Position numbers and translations under genes: made by a program. DNA of 53,920 nucleotides. Origin: Thermoplasmatales archaeon SW_10_69_26 (GTDB lineage: Archaea; Thermoplasmatota; SW-10-69-26). Of this stretch, positions 49,759 through 53,920 are shown piece after piece. The stretch spans positions 1-53,920 of the forward strand of contig PXUB01000047.1 in assembly GCA_003009755.1 (NCBI GenBank), in the 5' to 3' direction. Within the stretch, counting starts at the first letter, position 1. The number at the start of each line of letters is the position of its first letter. The notes under the pieces are model-generated. The model did no database searches and had not been told where the DNA came from. It was given only the letters and a program-made list of their open reading frames with translations.

Positions 49759-50910
49759 GTGAACCGTTCATCCGCGCTCGCTTGCACGCTCCTCCTCGTC
49801 CTGTCGGCGGCTGCCTCGATCCCCGGACCCGTCACGGCAGGGGACGGCGCCGACGATGATCCGCCCAGCGAGGTCCCCGACCTCATCCTGGACACGCCCC
49901 ACGTGAACGCCGACGATCGGCGCTACGTCACCCAGGCCCCCTCCTGGTCGTGGGGGGAGGCCACCGACGAGAGCGGCATCGACCACTACGAGATCACGCA
50001 GCATCAGCCCGACGGCGCGACGATCGAAGCCACGCGCGCCCCCGACGACCGGTCTTACACCGCCCAGGACCCCCTCCAGGGCGAGATCTGCATCGAGGTC
50101 ACCGCCGTCGACGGCGCCGGCAACGTGGGGCCCGCAACGGACCCCAACTGCGCGTTCCTGGACGATCGGCCTCCGGTCTCGGCGTTCACCCAGCCGTCCG
50201 CGAACGTGCTCCAGCTGGCCGATGGCGAAACGCGAGCCATCGATCCGCCCGAGAGCGCTCGCGCCGACGCAAGCTACGCGCTCGGCGACGTGGTCGTGTA
50301 CCTGAACAGCTCGGACCCGGGCGATCGGATGGCCGGTCTCGGGGACGCCCAGATCCTCGAGGACGACCGCCAGGACACCGAGCCTCGCGGCTGCGACAAC
50401 CGGCTGGGCGAACCCTACCCCGACGTTTGCCGCTGGGTGGACACCGAGCAGGCCACCCAGGACCCCAGCCGCCGGGATCTGTTCGCCGTCGTGAGCGACG
50501 ACGCGGGCAACAGCGCCGAGCAGCCGGTCGCCAACTACACGAAGGTCGACGTCGCCGCCGTGGAGCGACCCGACCGGGCCCAGGTCGGCACCGCCGGCGT
50601 CGTGCAGTGGGAGCCCAGCACGTCGGCCTCGTTCGACCGCTACGAGGTGTACGGCGTCCTCGCCGAGGGCGAGCCAGTCGCCCAGCCGGTCCGATCGGTG
50701 GCGACGGTGGAGGACCGCGAGCAGGTCGCCGCGCTCGATCCCGAGCCGGTGCCCGGCGAGACGTGGCGCTACGTCGTGGTTGCGTTCGAGACGGGCGCCG
50801 CCGGTCAGCCGGTCGTCTCGGGGATCACCCACGCGACCGAGCTCGCCTACACCGGCGACGACGGGCAAGCCAGCCGGCCGTCGAGCTGCGGGCTCGTCTC
50901 GTGCCGGTAG
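49759..50910 (+). CDS. Secreted protein with FN3/Ig-like domains
   Basis: Signal peptide, W...TDESGIDHYEI, VTAVDGAGN, SDDAGN, YVVVAFE. Confidence 0.75.
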   Translation: MNRSSALACTLLLVLSAAASIPGPVTAGDGADDDPPSEVPDLILDTPHVNADDRRYVTQAPSWSWGEATDESGIDHYEITQHQPDGATIEATRAPDDRSYTAQDPLQGEICIEVTAVDGAGNVGPATDPNCAFLDDRPPVSAFTQPSANVLQLADGETRAIDPPESARADASYALGDVVVYLNSSDPGDRMAGLGDAQILEDDRQDTEPRGCDNRLGEPYPDVCRWVDTEQATQDPSRRDLFAVVSDDAGNSAEQPVANYTKVDVAAVERPDRAQVGTAGVVQWEPSTSASFDRYEVYGVLAEGEPVAQPVRSVATVEDREQVAALDPEPVPGETWRYVVVAFETGAAGQPVVSGITHATELAYTGDDGQASRPSSCGLVSCR

Positions 50911-50926
50911 GCCCCGTGGGCGGCCG

Positions 50927-51125
50927 TCACGGTGAGCGATCCCAGTCGCTCCCGGAGCAGGACGGGAAGGCGTGGCCGACCTCGTCCATCCACTCCTGCA
51001 AACTGTCGCTGGGGTGATACTGGAAGGACCGGCCGATCCGGATGCGCCCGATCACCTCGTGCTCCCGCAGGGTTCGCAGGTGGTGGAGGACCGTGGTCTC
51101 CGAGAGCTCGACCTCGTCGGTCGAC
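50927..51125 (-). pseudogene. Winged-HTH (ArsR-like) remnant
   Basis: DEVELSETTVLHHLRTLREHEVIGRIRIGRSFQYH, with no convincing in-frame start. Confidence 0.4.
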
Positions 51126-51250
51126 GACGATGGGGGACCTTCAACCCATCCCGTCCTTGTCGACGATCGCCGGCCATCGAGGGGCTGGCTCGACCCGGCA
51201 GAGGACGCTCGGGAGGGTAACCTGATAACCCGCCTCCGGGTTCGGCCCCC

Positions 51251-51865
51251 GTGCACGTCGTCGTGAACATGGCCGCCTCGCTGGACGGTCGCGTGGCCGG
51301 GCCAGGCGGCCAACCGGTGCAGCTCTCGGGCGAGGCCGACCTGCGCCGCGTCCACGCGTTGCGGGCCGCCAGCGACGCGGTCGTCGTCGGCGCCGGCACC
51401 GTGGCGGTCGACGATCCGCGGTTGACGGCACGCCCCGACCCGCGACCGCCGCGGGAGGCGCAACCGCTGCGCGTCGTCGTGACCAGCCAGCCCCAGCTGC
51501 CGGCCCAGGCCCGCGTGCTCGACGACACCGCGGACACGCTCGTGCTCGCCGGTCAGCCGGGCCAGATCGCGGGCGCCGACGTGCACGCCGCGCCGGGCGA
51601 GGCGGGCGTCGACCTGGCCCAGGCGTGGGAAGAGCTGGCCGAACGCGGGGTGGAGGACGTGATGGTCGAGGGCGGGCCCACGCTCGTCGCCTCGCTGCTC
51701 GCGGCCGACCTCGTCGACCGGTTCATGCTGTACACCGCGCCTCGCATCCTCGGCGAGGGCCCCTCGCTGGCCGCCGCCTTCGAGGGCCTGTCCCTCGAGC
51801 TCGAGCCGCGGACACGCACCGCGCTGGGCGAGGGGACCTTGACCACCTACGGTGTCCCGCCGTGA
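51251..51865 (+). CDS. RibD C-terminal type pyrimidine reductase
   Basis: AASLDGRVA, VGAGTVAVDDPRLT, VMVEGGPTL, APRILG. Confidence 0.9.
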   Translation: MHVVVNMAASLDGRVAGPGGQPVQLSGEADLRRVHALRAASDAVVVGAGTVAVDDPRLTARPDPRPPREAQPLRVVVTSQPQLPAQARVLDDTADTLVLAGQPGQIAGADVHAAPGEAGVDLAQAWEELAERGVEDVMVEGGPTLVASLLAADLVDRFMLYTAPRILGEGPSLAAAFEGLSLELEPRTRTALGEGTLTTYGVPP

Positions 51866-52371
51866 GCGCGCCCCGGTTCCTGTGCGACGAGATGCTGGGC
51901 AAGCTCGCCCGCGAGCTGCGCACCCTCGGATACGATGCCACCTACGCGCACGGCAGCGACGACGAGGCGATCCTCGCCCGCGCCGAACGCGAGGACCGAC
52001 GATTGCTCACCCGCGACCGCGGCTTGGCCGACCGCGCCGGCTCGCAGGCGACGTTGCTGGCGAGCCGCGATCCCGGCGAGCAGCTGGCGAGCGTGATCGA
52101 GCGCGAGCGGTTGGCCCCGACCGCGGCCGGCTTCCTATCCAGATGTTTGGAGTGCAACGAGCCGCTGGTGGCGGCCGAGGACGCCGAGGAGGTGCCGGCC
52201 GACCACGCCGATGGACCTCAGTGGCGGTGCCCGGTCTGCGATCGGGTGTACTGGCCGGGTACCCACGCCCACGACATGCTCGAGCGGCTGGGCGAGCACT
52301 TGCCCGGCGAGCCGGACCCGAGCCAGGCCCTGGGGCCCCCTGACGGGACCGAGGGAGAACGGAAGCCTTAA
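51862..52371 (+). CDS. Mut7-C RNase domain protein (PIN plus Zn ribbon)
   Basis: FLCDEMLGKLARELRTLGYD, LLTRDR, SRCLECN, CPVCDRVYWPGTH. Confidence 0.92.
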   Translation: MSAPRFLCDEMLGKLARELRTLGYDATYAHGSDDEAILARAEREDRRLLTRDRGLADRAGSQATLLASRDPGEQLASVIERERLAPTAAGFLSRCLECNEPLVAAEDAEEVPADHADGPQWRCPVCDRVYWPGTHAHDMLERLGEHLPGEPDPSQALGPPDGTEGERKP

Positions 52372-52397
52372 CCACCCAGCGGCGAGCTGTCGACGGC

Positions 52398-53033
52398 GTG
52401 GACGAGGTGCTCGGGCGCCTGGCGTCGGCTCGCAGCGAGCTGGACGCCAAGGACGAGATCCGCGACCGGATGCTGAACGCCAAACGCGGCGTCACGTCGA
52501 AGGCTCGCGAGAGCAGCAACCGCGCCCAGCAAGGCAAGCTGACCGAAGCCCGCGAGGCCTACGAGGACGCGCTCGAGCAGACCCAAGCCATCCGCGAGGA
52601 CCTCGGTCCGCGCCCGGATCTGTGGTACAGCGGGGCCCTCCGCAACGCGTTGCAGGAGGTCGCCGAGGCCTGGATCCTGCTGGAGCTGATGGGCGAGGGC
52701 GCCGAGCTACCAGAGGAGGCAACGACGGCCGAGGCGTTCGTGCTCGGAGCCGGGGACGCGGTCGGCGAGCTGCGCCGGCGGGCGCTGGACGCTTTGATCG
52801 AGCAAGATCCCGGTGAGGCCGAGGAGCGGCTGTCCGAGATGGCGGAGCTGTACGAGCAGCTGCGCACGATCGACGTACCCAGCGGCGTCGTGGACCTCAA
52901 GCACAAGGTCGACGTCGCTCGCACGCTCGTCGACAAGACCCGCGGCAAGATCGCGCTGGGCCGCATCGAGCAGCGGCTGACCCGGCTCGACCGCGAGATC
53001 GAGGACGACACCGGGCAAGCGACGACGAGGTGA
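52398..53033 (+). CDS. Translin/Trax-family protein (archaeal C3PO-like)
   Basis: LQEVAEA, FVLGAGDAVGELRR, LKHKVDVAR. Confidence 0.82.
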   Translation: MDEVLGRLASARSELDAKDEIRDRMLNAKRGVTSKARESSNRAQQGKLTEAREAYEDALEQTQAIREDLGPRPDLWYSGALRNALQEVAEAWILLELMGEGAELPEEATTAEAFVLGAGDAVGELRRRALDALIEQDPGEAEERLSEMAELYEQLRTIDVPSGVVDLKHKVDVARTLVDKTRGKIALGRIEQRLTRLDREIEDDTGQATTR

Positions 53034-53037
53034 CAAC

Positions 53038-53202
53038 GTGGTAGACGTCGAGGATATGATCGGCGAGCTCGAGGACGACGACACCTCCGAGGACGAGGAG
53101 GCCTCCAGCGAGGAGCAGGAGAAGGACACCGAGGAGCAGGAGGAGACCTTCGGCCTGGATCTGGATTCGGCCTGGAGCTCGCCCGACCGCACCGAGGACT
53201 AG
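53038..53202 (+). CDS. Very acidic 54-aa microprotein
   Basis: GTG start after GAGGTGA. Reads VVDVEDMIGELEDDDTSEDEEASSEEQEKDTEEQEETFGLDLDSAWSSPDRTED. Confidence 0.6.
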   Translation: MVDVEDMIGELEDDDTSEDEEASSEEQEKDTEEQEETFGLDLDSAWSSPDRTED

Positions 53203-53290
53203 GCGGTCGTCCCCCTTCCCGGGGCTATGCCGCACGGGACCCGAGGATTCATTACGTTCGGGCCAGTGCGGCCCGATGCGTTCACCGCAC

Positions 53291-53375
53291 GCGGAGGTCG
53301 CCAAGCCTGGCCAACGGCGAAGCGTTCAGGGCGCTTTCCCGTAGGGGTTCGCAGGTTCAAATCCTGCCCTCCGCA
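53291..53375 (+). tRNA. tRNA-Leu(CAG)
   Basis: GCGGAGG/CCTCCGC acceptor, AAGCG-TTCAGGG-CGCTT anticodon arm, long variable arm, GCAGG-TTCAAAT-CCTGC, discriminator A. Confidence 0.97.
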
Positions 53376-53410
53376 CTTCTCAACAGTCCCCCACCGGGTC
53401 ACAGCTAGTC

Positions 53411-53650
53411 GTGCGGAGGGCAGGAGAGTACGTCTCGAGCGAAGTGAGAGACGTACGAATCTCGAGGCCGCCGGCCCCACCGCTCGGCGGTCTCGATACG
53501 CCCAGAGCAAAGATCCTGTCCGCCATAGTCTGGAAGGGCAGGATTTGAACGGAGTTCGATCGCGAAGGAGCGGCAGCCATCGCTTGCTCCTTCGCGAGAG
53601 CACGTCCCGAGCCTGCGAGGGACGTGCGAAATCCCGCCCTCCGCACTTCT
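53411..53650. repeat. Copies of the tRNA-Leu 3' end interleaved with two REP-like elements
   Basis: Inverted copies at 53411-53425 and 53535-53550, direct copy at 53629-53650. Hairpins GTACGTCTC/GAGACGTAC and GCACGTCCC/GGGACGTGC. Confidence 0.75.
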
Positions 53651-53920
53651 TCCCTCGCGTTGATTCCTCAGGGACTCCCGTCGCCAGGCTCGCCTGAGGC
53701 GGCGCTGCCGGCGTCCTTCTGCATCGGAATCCCGCTGGGGGGATTCCTGCTTCGAACTCCTTGTCAGCACCACCCCAGACGGTGCATTTGTTCCCCGACC
53801 CTGGCTCGGTCCGTCCTTCGTCATCAACACTCCCTCAGACGCCACGACCGACCCGTTGCGCCCACACTCGCAAGGCACGCCAGCGCATCCGCAGCTGGAA
53901 GCACCCGCTCCGCGACCGGA

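Noticed and set aside
53651-53920. Start of an integrated element after tRNA-Leu
   Set aside because: No integrase or credible ORF is visible before the window ends.

Overview
High-GC archaeal chromosome segment with an acidic proteome. It carries rpl30e and a DUF6015-like gene, so it is more likely a halophilic Thermoplasmatota-like lineage than Halobacteria (inference). Housekeeping content: Sm/Lsm, rps8e-srp19, the rpoH-B''-B'-A'-A''-rpl30e-nusA operon, aIF5B, DNA ligase, Nob1, tRNA-Lys, tRNA-Trp and tRNA-Leu. Accessory content: a katG-Fur/PerR-Dps-ferredoxin cluster, two thiolase/DUF35 pairs, large secreted proteins, a type III PKS plus methyltransferase pair and an IS1595-family element. 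The most unusual signals are: (1) a 170-bp promoter-plus-rod-shaped ncRNA unit present twice, 28 kb apart, with structure-preserving substitutions; (2) further stand-alone hairpin RNA candidates and a degenerate tRNA-Leu-like RNA around the Sm gene; (3) RNA polymerase A'' fused to three tandem (HhH)2 domains; (4) a tRNA-Trp with a C/D-guide intron plus a second T-loop intron; (5) a covarying REP-like palindrome family, one copy of which the IS interrupts. All calls were made by eye, and no database searches were run.
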